Below are positions 31,785-40,986 of a stretch of DNA of 64,000 bases, piece after piece. Made by a program: the position numbers and the translations under genes. The stretch spans positions 192,001 to 256,000 of the forward strand of contig CAWEZH010000002.1 in the NCBI GenBank assembly GCA_963813535.1, in the 5' to 3' direction. Below the pieces are notes generated by a model that worked only from the letters and a program-made list of their open reading frames with translations, had not been told where the DNA came from and ran no database searches. This stretch comes from an uncultured Chloroflexia bacterium (lineage in GTDB: Bacteria; Chloroflexota; Limnocylindria; Limnocylindrales; CSP1-4). How positions within the stretch are numbered: the first letter of the stretch is position 1; each line of letters begins with the position of its first letter.

Positions 31785-32693
31785 ATGAGCCTCATCGAAG
31801 TCGACAACATCTCCAAACGGTACGGCGACCGCGTCGTCGTCGATGGCGTGTCGTTCGCCGTCGAGCAGGGCGAGATCTTCGCCATCCTCGGGCCGAACGG
31901 CGCCGGGAAGACCACCACCGTCGAATCCATCGCCGGACTGCGCACGCCCGACTCCGGAACGATCCGGGTCATGGGTCTCGATCCGCGGTATGACCGCGAC
32001 GCGCTGCGCCAGCAGGTGGGCGTGCAGCTCCAGGAAAGCCAGCTGCCCGATCGCATCCGGGTGGGGGAGGCTCTCGACCTGTATGCCTCCTTCTACGAGA
32101 ACCCGGCCGACTGGCGGACGCTGGTCGACGACCTGGGCCTCGCCGACCGGATCGACACGGGATTCGCCAAGCTGTCGGGCGGTCAGAAGCAGCGTCTGTC
32201 GATCGCGCTCGCGCTCGTCGGCTCTCCGAAGATCGCCATCCTTGACGAGCTGACGACCGGTCTCGACCCGCAGGCACGGCGCGACACCTGGGACGTGATC
32301 GAGGGTGTTCGCGACCGCGGCGTCACGATCATCCTGGTCACCCACTTCATGGAGGAGGCCGAGCGCCTCGCCGACCGGCTCGCATTGATCGACGCCGGGC
32401 GCGTCGTCGCACTCGACACTCCGGCCGGGATCGTCCGGCTCGTCGATGCCGAACAGCGGTTGCGCTTCCGCCCGTCCGCGCCGTTCGACGAGACGATCCT
32501 CACGAGCCTCCCGGAGGTCCGCGACCTGACCCGTAGCGGGACCACGGTCGTCGTGACCGGGACCGGCAACCTCGTCCACGCCGTCACCAGCGTCCTGGCT
32601 CGCCAGCAGATCGTCGCGAACGACCTACGCATCGAGCAAGCCGATCTCGAGGACGCATTCGTAGCGCTGACCGGCCGCAAGCTGGCCAGCTGA
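31785..32693 (+). CDS. ABC transporter ATP-binding protein
   Basis: GPNGAGKTT, LSGGQKQR, ILDELTTGLD, VTH. Confidence 0.95.
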   Translation: MSLIEVDNISKRYGDRVVVDGVSFAVEQGEIFAILGPNGAGKTTTVESIAGLRTPDSGTIRVMGLDPRYDRDALRQQVGVQLQESQLPDRIRVGEALDLYASFYENPADWRTLVDDLGLADRIDTGFAKLSGGQKQRLSIALALVGSPKIAILDELTTGLDPQARRDTWDVIEGVRDRGVTIILVTHFMEEAERLADRLALIDAGRVVALDTPAGIVRLVDAEQRLRFRPSAPFDETILTSLPEVRDLTRSGTTVVVTGTGNLVHAVTSVLARQQIVANDLRIEQADLEDAFVALTGRKLAS

Positions 32694-32711
32694 GATCAAG
32701 GAGTCCCTCTG

Positions 32712-33446
32712 ATGTCGAACCTCACCAAGATCACCGCGATCGAGGCGAAGCTGATGCTCCGCGAGCCGGCCATCCTGCTCATCGGGCTGCTGCTGCCGAC
32801 GGTCGTCCTGCTGGCGATCGGCGTCATCTTCGCCCCGCACAACCCGGATCCGTTGCTCGGCGGGCGGCGCTACATCGACCTGCTCGCACCATCGATGCTG
32901 GTCATCACCCTGGCGACGCTCGGCATCCAGACGATGCCGGGCCGGCTGGTCAAGGACCGTGAGAGCGGCGTCCTGCGCCGGCTGTCCACTACGCCGGTCG
33001 AGCCCGGGTTGCTGGTCGTCGCCCAGCTGCTCGTCAACATGGTCGTCGGCATCGGCGGGCTGATCATCCTCGTCATCGCCGGCAACCTCGCGTTCCAGAT
33101 CCCCGTGCCGCAGGACCTGATCGGCTTTGGAGCGGCGTTCCTGCTCGGGATGTCCGCGTTGTTCGCCATGGGGCTGCTCGTTGCGGCCATCGCGCCGAGC
33201 GCCGGTGTGGCAACGGCGATCGCGCTGCCGCTATTCGCGACCGTGATGCTCCTGGGTGGTGTCTATCTGCCGCGCTGGCTGCTGCCGGAGATCCTGGTCC
33301 AGATCGGGGACGTCACGCCGCCGGGCGTGCAGGCGATGCTCGACGCCTGGTCGGGTACGGCGCCCCAGCTCCTGCCACTGGTGATAATGGCCGGGATCAC
33401 GCTCGTGGCCGGGGCCGCGGCGGCGAAGCTGTTCCGTTGGGAGTGA
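32712..33446 (+). CDS. ABC-2 type permease
   Basis: RESGVLRRLSTTPV; six TM segments; ends FRWE. Confidence 0.9.
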   Translation: MSNLTKITAIEAKLMLREPAILLIGLLLPTVVLLAIGVIFAPHNPDPLLGGRRYIDLLAPSMLVITLATLGIQTMPGRLVKDRESGVLRRLSTTPVEPGLLVVAQLLVNMVVGIGGLIILVIAGNLAFQIPVPQDLIGFGAAFLLGMSALFAMGLLVAAIAPSAGVATAIALPLFATVMLLGGVYLPRWLLPEILVQIGDVTPPGVQAMLDAWSGTAPQLLPLVIMAGITLVAGAAAAKLFRWE

Positions 33447-34719
33447 GTGGCTGACGTGACACCGACTCCCGCTCCGAGGGGTGCGGATACGACCTGGGAA
33501 CGCTTGAACGTGGCGTCCATGGACTGGGTCGCGTATCTGACGCTGGCAGCCTCGACGGCCTTCGCGCTCCTCCGACCCGACCGGCAACCAGGCGAGCGTC
33601 TCTTGACGCTCGTCTTGGTCATCGTCGCCACGGTGTGGGTCTACGTGATGTTCACGCGGGTGCCCGAACCCCGGCGGGAACGGCGCGCGTCGGATGGTCG
33701 TCTACTTCGTCGGCCTGCTGGTGCTGGCCACGCTGCTGATGGTCCGCAACCCGATGTTCTTCATCTTCGCCATCAGCGCGTTCTTCCACGCCGGGCTGCT
33801 TCGGCCGATGGCGCTGATCGTGGCCGGCGTGGCCGCCACCTCGATCCTGATCAACACGACCATCACGGGGTTTCCCTGGCCCACCGCCGACCTGTGGTTC
33901 CTCTACGGGACGATCATCGTGATCCAGATCATCGCCATCGGAGGCGGCACCATCATCAGCGAGCGGCTGTCCGAGCTGACCGAGGAGCGCCGCCAGACCG
34001 TGGCGCGGCTCGAGGCGGCGATGGACGAGAACGTCGGACTCCAGCGCCAGCTCGTCACCCAGGCTCGAGAGGCCGGTGTGCTCGACGAGCGGGCCCGCAT
34101 GGCCCGCGAGATCCACGACACCATCGCCCACGGCCTCACTGGGATCGTCACGCAGCTCGAAGCGGCCGAGCAGGCGACCGACCGTCCCGAGGCTCGCCAG
34201 CGGCACATCGCCAACGCCATCCGACTGGCGCGAGAGAGCCTGTCCGAGGCACGACGCTCCGTGGAGGCATCCCGCCCCGAGGCCCTGGAGGGCGTGTCTC
34301 TCGAAGAGGCGCTGACCGATGTGGCGCAGCGGTGGTCGGCCCTGAGTGGCGTGCCGGTCGACGTCACCACGACCGGCGATCCCTTGCCGCTCCACCCTGA
34401 GATCGAGATCGCGTTGCTGCGGACGGCGCAGGAGGCCCTGGCAAATGTCGCCAAGCACGCCACGGCGTCGAAGGTCCGGTTGACGTTGTCGTACATGGGC
34501 GATGAGGTCACGCTCGACGTGCGCGACGACGGGGTCGGGTTCGAGGTCCCGACTGGAGCACGCCAGGGTCGTCCCAAGGGTTTCGGCCTGACCGCGATGC
34601 GTCAGCGGGTCAGCCGGGTCGCGGGCACGTTGGCGATCGAATCCGAGCCGGGCGGCGGCACGGCGATATCGGCACGTGTGCCGGCCATCGGCGCCCCGCC
34701 GGCGGGGTCCGAGTCGTGA
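33447..34719 (+). CDS. Membrane sensor histidine kinase (HisKA_3), frameshift near 33690
   Basis: ERARMAREIHDTIAH, QEALANVAKHA, DDGVGF, GFGLTAMRQR. Confidence 0.9.
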
Positions 34720-35354
34720 GTCCGATCCGGCTCCTGATCGTCGACGATCACCCGGTCGTGCGTGACGGGCTGCGCGGGATCTTCGAGGGCGACCCGGAGT
34801 TCGAGGTGCTCGGCGAGGCGGCCGACGGAGCGGAGGCGGTCGCCATGGCCGAATCCCTGCACCCGGACGTCGTCCTGATGGACCTGCGGATGCCGAATGT
34901 CGATGGCGCCACGGCGATCCGGACCTTGGCCGAGCGCGCCAACCCTGCCCGGGTCCTCGTGCTCACGACGTACGAGACCGACGCCGACGTCGTACCGGCC
35001 ATCGAAGCGGGCGCGATCGGCTACCTGCTCAAGGATTCGCCGCGCGCCGAGCTGTACCGGGCGGTCCGTGCCGCCAACCTGGGCGAATCGGTGTTGGCCC
35101 CGTCCGTGGCGAAGCGGCTGGTCCGGCAGATCCGGACGCCCGCGCAGGACGGGCTGAGCGAGCGCGAGCTCGAAGTGCTGTCGCTCATCGCGCAAGGGGA
35201 GACGAACCGCGGCACCGCCGCCCGCCTGTTCATCTCCGAGGCGACGGTGAAGACCCATCTCCTGCACATCTACGCGAAGCTCGATGTGAACGATCGAGCG
35301 GCGGCCGTCGCGACCGCCTATGAGCGGGGACTGTTGGGGCCAGGTCGGGGCTGA
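34716..35354 (+). CDS. NarL/LuxR-family response regulator
   Basis: IVDDHPVVR, LMDLRMP, GYLLKD, LSERELEVL..TVKTHL. Confidence 0.95.
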   Translation: MSPIRLLIVDDHPVVRDGLRGIFEGDPEFEVLGEAADGAEAVAMAESLHPDVVLMDLRMPNVDGATAIRTLAERANPARVLVLTTYETDADVVPAIEAGAIGYLLKDSPRAELYRAVRAANLGESVLAPSVAKRLVRQIRTPAQDGLSERELEVLSLIAQGETNRGTAARLFISEATVKTHLLHIYAKLDVNDRAAAVATAYERGLLGPGRG

Positions 35355-35408
35355 GCCGGCTCGGTCAGCATGCGCCCGGGCGGGCAGCCCGTGCTGGCGC
35401 CCGAACGG

Positions 35409-35804
35409 TCACCCGAGCCGGGTCAGGCCTGTGATCCCGTCGAACCCGGTATCGAAGGTGAGCACCCTGTCTACGTCGTAGCGATGCATCACGGCAACGT
35501 GGAGGGCGTCCCGCGCCGACAACCGAACCGCGGATCGCATGATCCGATGTGCCCGCTGCACGTCGGCAGCCTCGATGGGGTAGATCACGTCAACGACTGA
35601 CTCGACAAGGTCGAATGCTTCCTCGATGGCGTCATGTCGCCCGATCGCGGCATAGCGGTGCAGGATCTCCTGGAGGACCTCGGCGTCCGTGCACAACGGT
35701 TCGCTCGCGGCCAACGCCTCCTCGAGCAGTCGCCGGGCTAGGTCCTTGTTCGGATGCTCCGCACCGATCAGGTACATCGGGATGTTGGAGTCGACCAGGA
35801 TCAC
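35409..35804 (-). CDS. vapC: VapC family PIN-domain toxin
   Basis: ILVDSNIPMY, EVLQEILHRY, LSARDALHVAVM, LTFDTGFD. Confidence 0.9.
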   Translation of the reverse strand: MILVDSNIPMYLIGAEHPNKDLARRLLEEALAASEPLCTDAEVLQEILHRYAAIGRHDAIEEAFDLVESVVDVIYPIEAADVQRAHRIMRSAVRLSARDALHVAVMHRYDVDRVLTFDTGFDGITGLTRLG

Positions 35805-36067
35805 GTCGGCGGGCTGTCCTCGAGATAGCCGCGTTCGATCTCCGCGAGCATCACCTCGATGTCCGGGGCCGGTGCGGGCGGTCGGAACTGGTATGCGCTG
35901 TGGATCGCTTCGAGCTTGCGGCCGACGTCGGGTTTCGCCCGGTGCTCGCGGGCTTCGCGGAGGCGCTGGCGGACCCACTCGGCCGTCGTCATTCGTTCCC
36001 GCTTGGCCAATCGCTGGATCGAGCGGAGCTCGGCGTCATCCATGAGGACTTGCAGTCGCTTAGTCAC
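35801..36067 (-). CDS. VapB-type antitoxin (RHH)
   Basis: KRLQVLMDDAE..EWVRQRLR; GTGA overlap with vapC. Confidence 0.8.
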   Translation of the reverse strand: MTKRLQVLMDDAELRSIQRLAKRERMTTAEWVRQRLREAREHRAKPDVGRKLEAIHSAYQFRPPAPAPDIEVMLAEIERGYLEDSPPT

Positions 36068-36073
36068 CGAGTG

Positions 36074-36102
36074 AGCCTATCTGACTCATCGAGATGAGTC
36101 AA
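36074..36102 (-). promoter_or_regulatory. Sigma70 promoter with palindromic operator for vapBC
   Basis: Minus strand TTGACT-N17-TAGGCT-N6-GTG; TGACTCATC-GA-GATGAGTCA palindrome (36082-36101) overlaps the -35 box and spacer. Confidence 0.8.
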
Positions 36103-36121
36103 TCAGCGGCGAGGGCGGAGC

Positions 36122-37549
36122 TCAGCCCGAGTCGGCTCCGCGTGGAACCATCAGGCGCCGCAGGGTGAGCGCCACGTTGAGCCGCCGGCCCGCCTCGCCG
36201 TCGAAGCCGTGGCCGAGCAGGTCCTGCGCGCGCTCGAGGCGATACGCGACGGTCCGGTCGGCCAGGTGCAGCCGGCGGGCGGTCGCGCGGCGGTTGCCGC
36301 CGACATCGAAGTACGCCTGCAGCGTCTCGACGAGCTCGTCGCCCATCCGCGGATCGTCGAGGAGTGGCCCGAGCTCACGGTCGATGATCGTCGCGACGAG
36401 TTCCGGGTCGCTCAGCAGGAGCCGCTCGACGCCGAGCTCGGCCACATCGTCGATCACGCCACGCCGGCCGATCCTCGCGGCGACCCGCAGGCCTTCCTGG
36501 AGCTCGACCATCGACCGAGCCAGGGCGGGGACACCGTCGACGCGCATCGCGATCGCCGTCCACGTCTGGTCGACCTCTGGGGTCTCCGCGTGTTGCCGAG
36601 CGCGTGCCCGCGGTGAGAGGACCACCCGCACTGATTCCTGCAACCGCGTCCAGTCGCGCGGGTCCGGTCCGAGGATGGCGACGATCGACCCTCGCCAGCT
36701 GAACGCCACGGGCACCCGGATCCCGCTGTACGGGCCGTCGTTTCCGCCGCGCCGGCTCAGCAGCTGGTCGATCCGCCGGGCGAGTTCATCGAGGTCATCG
36801 TCATCGATACCCGGCTCGTCGGGCGTCGGGTCGACCTCGGGGTCCGGCAGGACCGCGGCGACCCGATAGCTCGCGTAGGGGTCGAGGCCGTAGCGCGTCG
36901 CCAGACGGCGTACTCGCGCCCGCCCACGCGAGTCGGTCGGGACCGAGCCGACCAGCTCGTCGAGCGCGGCACGGCGGGCTGCCACGTCACGCGCAAGGGA
37001 TTCGCGCTCGCTGGCTCGATACCCCTCGGTGACGGCCAGCGATGACAGCTGGGTCCACAGCATCAGCCATCGACCAAGCTCGATGAACCGCTCCGGCCCG
37101 TCGCCGCGTCGGGCCAGCTCGGCCGCCCCGTGCTCCCACATCGAGCGGTGGATGTCCGCATTGACGCCACGGAACAGGAGCAAGCGTCGACCCTGCATGG
37201 CCGCGATCGCGCCCGACTGGTATTGGAGTGCGAGGACGGTCATGAGATCGAGATCGCCGTGAGCAACGGCACGGTCGGCGACCTCGACGAGGGCGTCGTA
37301 CGAGTCAGCCTCGATGCGCTCGCCGAACGGATCCTGGGCCTCGTCGCCCGCCGCCCGGGCGCGCAGGACCTTGATCGCGGCCTCCAGATCGTCGGCGTCG
37401 GCCGCGACGTGGGTATTCAGGTAGGCCAGGCGCACACGCGTGCGCAGCTCGTCCTGCGAGTCGGCGAGGTCTTCGGACAAACCCGCGACGACCGTCTCGA
37501 TCTCCGGCAGGACGGCCGCGATGACATTGGGAGGCGTCGTGGTGGCCAC
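36122..37549 (-). CDS. PucR/CdaR-family transcriptional regulator
   Basis: C-terminal ELGPLL..ELVETLQAYF..ATARRLHLADRTVAYRLER HTH. Confidence 0.85.
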   Translation of the reverse strand: MATTTPPNVIAAVLPEIETVVAGLSEDLADSQDELRTRVRLAYLNTHVAADADDLEAAIKVLRARAAGDEAQDPFGERIEADSYDALVEVADRAVAHGDLDLMTVLALQYQSGAIAAMQGRRLLLFRGVNADIHRSMWEHGAAELARRGDGPERFIELGRWLMLWTQLSSLAVTEGYRASERESLARDVAARRAALDELVGSVPTDSRGRARVRRLATRYGLDPYASYRVAAVLPDPEVDPTPDEPGIDDDDLDELARRIDQLLSRRGGNDGPYSGIRVPVAFSWRGSIVAILGPDPRDWTRLQESVRVVLSPRARARQHAETPEVDQTWTAIAMRVDGVPALARSMVELQEGLRVAARIGRRGVIDDVAELGVERLLLSDPELVATIIDRELGPLLDDPRMGDELVETLQAYFDVGGNRRATARRLHLADRTVAYRLERAQDLLGHGFDGEAGRRLNVALTLRRLMVPRGADSG

Positions 37550-37881
37550 GGAGTCATCGAGTGTACGACCGTCGAGTGCGAAGACTGCACGACCTCGGCA
37601 ATCGACGGACGGCCGGACTGCGACGTCGTGCCCTTGGACTGGAAGCGGCCGCGACGGACGATGTCGCAACTGCAGTCATCGGTTTCGCCTGCCGGGGCAT
37701 CCCCCTGCCATCGGTTTGGCGTGAAGCCTGCATCGGCGGATGGCCCCCGTCTCGTCGAGCGCAGGACCCCCGGGCGGAGTCGGCGTATGCCGGCTCCGCC
37801 CGCTTTCGAGCCCGTTCGACGCCGCGGGTCTAAGGTTGCCGCAGACCGTTGTTCACGGGAACGAACCGGAAGGGGTCAACC

Positions 37882-38400
37882 ATGTTCGGCCGTCACAAAG
37901 ACGAGGCTGCACCGGCGAATGTCTTCCAGATGCGCCAGTCGATGGTCTCCATCGGCGACGACTACTGGATCGAGAACGGCGCCGGCCAGCGCACCTACAA
38001 GGTCGATGGCAAGGCGTTCCGGGTGCGGAAGACGCTCGTCATCGAGGACACCGCGGGGCAGGAAGTGGCCACGCTCAAGGAGAAGCTGGTCAGCGTTCGC
38101 GACGTCATGACGATCGAGCGCGGCGGTCAGCCACTCGCGACGGTCAAGAAGGCCATGTTCACGCCGCTGCGGGAGCGGTTCGACGTCGAGGCCACGAACG
38201 GCGTCAAGTACGAGGTCAAGGGCAAGGTCACCGACCACCAGTACGAGTTCGAGCGAGACGGCAACAAGGTCGCGAGCGTCTCGAAGAAGTGGTTCCGGGT
38301 GCGCGACTCCTACGGCGTCGAGGTCGGCCCGAATGAGGATGTGGCTCTCGTGCTGGCTGCGACGGTCGCCATCGACCAGATGACGCACGAGGTCGGCTGA
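37882..38400 (+). CDS. LURP-one-related / Tubby C-terminal-like protein
   Basis: MRQSMVSIGDDYWIE..KVDGKAFR, VSKKWFRVRDSYGVEV. Confidence 0.85.
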   Translation: MFGRHKDEAAPANVFQMRQSMVSIGDDYWIENGAGQRTYKVDGKAFRVRKTLVIEDTAGQEVATLKEKLVSVRDVMTIERGGQPLATVKKAMFTPLRERFDVEATNGVKYEVKGKVTDHQYEFERDGNKVASVSKKWFRVRDSYGVEVGPNEDVALVLAATVAIDQMTHEVG

Positions 38401-38499
38401 GGCGAGGTCGGCGGTCGGACCTTTGTCGGCTGATGACCTTGGGCCGCATCGACGGGTGATAAGCGCGGGCCGGCCGGAGCCCGCGGCCCCGCAGACCCC

Positions 38500-40176
38500 C
38501 TAGGCGACCAGCCGCTTGTACCGGATGCGGTGCGGCTGGTCGGCGGCAGTGCCGAGCTCCTTGCGCCGGAAGGCCTCGTAGTCGCTGACGTTGCCCTCGA
38601 AGAACCGCACCTGCGAATCGCCCTCGAAAGCGAGGATGTGCGTCGCGATCCGGTCGAGGAACCAGCGATCGTGGCTGATCACCACGACGCAGCCCGGGAA
38701 CGACTCGAGCCCCGCCTCGAGCGCGCGCAGCGTGTCGACGTCGAGGTCGTTCGTCGGCTCGTCGAGGAGCAGCAGGTTGCCGCCCGATTGGAGCAGCTTG
38801 GCGAGATGGACGCGGTTCCGCTCGCCGCCCGACAGCTGGCCGACCAGCTTCTGCTGGTCGGGGCCACGGAAGTTGAAGCTGCTGACGTAGGCACGGGCCG
38901 GGACCTCCCGGGGCCCGCTCTTGATGACCTCGGCGCCCTGGGTGATCTCCTGGAAGACGGACTTGTCGGCGGCCAGGTCGTCGCGACTCTGGTCGACATA
39001 GCTCATCTCGACCGTGTCGCCGATCGTGATCGAGCCCGCGTCGGGTGGCTCCTGGCCGACGAGCATCCGGAAGAGCGTCGTCTTGCCGGCACCGTTGGGG
39101 CCGATGATCCCGACGATGCCCGATCGGGGTAGCGAGAACGTCAGGTCCTCGATCAGGAGTCGATCGCCGAAACCCTTGCGCAGCCCGTTCACCTCGATGA
39201 CCTGGTCGCCGAGACGTGGCCCGGCAGGGATGGCGATCTCCAGCTCGCGCTCGGTGCGCTTCGCGTCGTTCGACTCGGCGAGTAGCTGTTCGTACGCCGA
39301 CAGCCGCGCCTTGCCCTTCGACTGGCGGGCCCGCGCCGACGAGCGCACCCATTCGAGCTCGCGAGCGAGCGTCCGTTGCTTCGCATCGGCCGTTTTCTGC
39401 TCGCGGGACATGCGCTCGAGCTTCTGCTCGAGCCAGCTCGAGTAGTTGCCGGAGAAGGGGATCCCGCGGCCGTGGTCGAGCTCGAGGATCCACTTCGCGA
39501 CGTTGTCGAGGAAGTACCGGTCGTGGGTCACGGCCACGACCGTGCCGTCGTACTCATCGAGGAAGCGCTCGAGCCAGTCGACCGACTCGGCGTCGAGGTG
39601 GTTCGTCGGCTCGTCGAGCAGCAAGAGGTCGGGATGCTGGAGGAGCAGCCTGGCAAGAGCGACGCGCCGGCGCTCGCCGCCGCTGAGCGTGGTGACATCC
39701 TGGTCATCGGGCGGACACCGCAGCGCGTCCATCGCGATGTCGACATTACGCTCGAGGTTCCAGGCGTCGGCCGCGTTGATCTTGTCCTCGAGCGCCGACT
39801 GCTCGGCACCGATCGCCTCGTAGTCGGCGTCGGGATCGGACCACTTGGCCATGACGGCGTTGTACTGATCGATGAGGTCCTGGACGGGGCGGACGCCGTC
39901 CAGGACGTTGCCCTTGACGTCCTTGCTCGGGTCGAGCTGCGGCTCCTGGTCGAGGTAGCCGACCGTGAACCCCGGTGTCAGCCGGGCGTCGCCGGTGAAC
40001 CCGTCGTCGAGCCCGGCCATGATCTTGAGCAGGCTCGACTTGCCCGCGCCGTTCGGCCCGATGACGCCGATCTTGGCGCCCGGGTAGAAGCTGAGCGAGA
40101 TGTCCTCGAGGACCGTCCGGTCGGGCGGGTAGTGCCTGGCAAGCCGGTACGTGGAGTAGATGAATTCGGCGGGCAT
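38500..40176 (-). CDS. ettA: Energy-dependent translational throttle protein EttA (ABC-F)
   Basis: EFIYS..ISLSFYPGAKIGVIGPNGAGKS, two ABC cassettes, LLLDEPTNDLD, PHRIRYKRL terminus. Confidence 0.95.
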   Translation of the reverse strand: MPAEFIYSTYRLARHYPPDRTVLEDISLSFYPGAKIGVIGPNGAGKSSLLKIMAGLDDGFTGDARLTPGFTVGYLDQEPQLDPSKDVKGNVLDGVRPVQDLIDQYNAVMAKWSDPDADYEAIGAEQSALEDKINAADAWNLERNVDIAMDALRCPPDDQDVTTLSGGERRRVALARLLLQHPDLLLLDEPTNHLDAESVDWLERFLDEYDGTVVAVTHDRYFLDNVAKWILELDHGRGIPFSGNYSSWLEQKLERMSREQKTADAKQRTLARELEWVRSSARARQSKGKARLSAYEQLLAESNDAKRTERELEIAIPAGPRLGDQVIEVNGLRKGFGDRLLIEDLTFSLPRSGIVGIIGPNGAGKTTLFRMLVGQEPPDAGSITIGDTVEMSYVDQSRDDLAADKSVFQEITQGAEVIKSGPREVPARAYVSSFNFRGPDQQKLVGQLSGGERNRVHLAKLLQSGGNLLLLDEPTNDLDVDTLRALEAGLESFPGCVVVISHDRWFLDRIATHILAFEGDSQVRFFEGNVSDYEAFRRKELGTAADQPHRIRYKRLVA

Positions 40177-40247
40177 GGTCCGTAAGGGTAGGGCAGGAGG
40201 CCGTTCCTCCTCTCGACATCGTCAGCCGACCGCGCTATACGTCGGTC

Positions 40248-40766
40248 ATGACGACGATGCGTCCGCGCGTGGGTTGGGTTCTCGCGGGGATCGGCCTGCT
40301 GGCGATCGCGAGCCTCGCGACGCTGGCCGCTCTGTTAGCCGCCGGCGAGGGCGGCCGGCAAGAGCTAAGCGGCGAGGTCAGGATCGTCGAGAGCCAGATG
40401 GCGCGGTTCGATCGGCAGGTCCATGCGGACACGGCCGACGCCACGCCGAGTCCCGGGAACGTCGACAATGCCCTTTGCCTCGAGCTCGCCCATGCTGTGG
40501 ACGTTGCGCCCGGTCACGCCGTGGTCCTCTATGACCTAGCCGGGAAGGTCATCGGCGAAGGGACGCTCGGCGAGCCCGAGCGATCGATCGACGAGTCGAG
40601 ACCGGCCTACGCCGACACCATCGTGTGTCGGCTGCTGTTCCGTGTCGGGGATGTTCGGCCGACCGATGCGGTCAGGATCGACATCGGCTCTCGCACGCGC
40701 GCGACCTACGACTCAGCGGCACTCGCCAGTCGAGGCTGGTACGTGGAGTTGGAGCTGGGCTCCTAG
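40248..40766 (+). CDS. Hypothetical secreted or membrane-anchored protein
   Basis: N-terminal hydrophobic helix; two Cys; 172-aa ORF. Confidence 0.55.
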   Translation: MTTMRPRVGWVLAGIGLLAIASLATLAALLAAGEGGRQELSGEVRIVESQMARFDRQVHADTADATPSPGNVDNALCLELAHAVDVAPGHAVVLYDLAGKVIGEGTLGEPERSIDESRPAYADTIVCRLLFRVGDVRPTDAVRIDIGSRTRATYDSAALASRGWYVELELGS

Positions 40767-40786
40767 ATCTCGCGACACGCTCATCC

Positions 40787-40923
40787 GCATCTGGAACATG
40801 CCGTGTTACGTCCGACCGCCGAAGCGTGTCGGACCGGGGTTTTAGCCGTCATTTGGAACATGTGATGTTCCAATTGACGAATGAACCGGCGTTCAGCGGT
40901 CGCTCGTAACACGTGATGTTCCA
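40787..40923. repeat. REP/MITE-like palindromic cluster (three GGAACAT-type units, 28-bp imperfect terminal inverted repeats)
   Basis: 40792-40819 vs reverse complement of 40896-40923 match 24/28; central ttggaacat-gtg-atgttccaa; lies between convergent genes. Confidence 0.8.
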
Positions 40924-40986
40924 AACGTGGGCGAGGAGCACCCGCGGACCCGACGACGAGGGCCCGGCGCAGCCCGCGCTGCCCGC

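Noticed and set aside
37815-37850. gccgcgggtctaagg resembling part of a c-di-GMP-I riboswitch
   Set aside because: The GGCAAA/GACGCAAA and GAAA tetraloop elements are not found upstream
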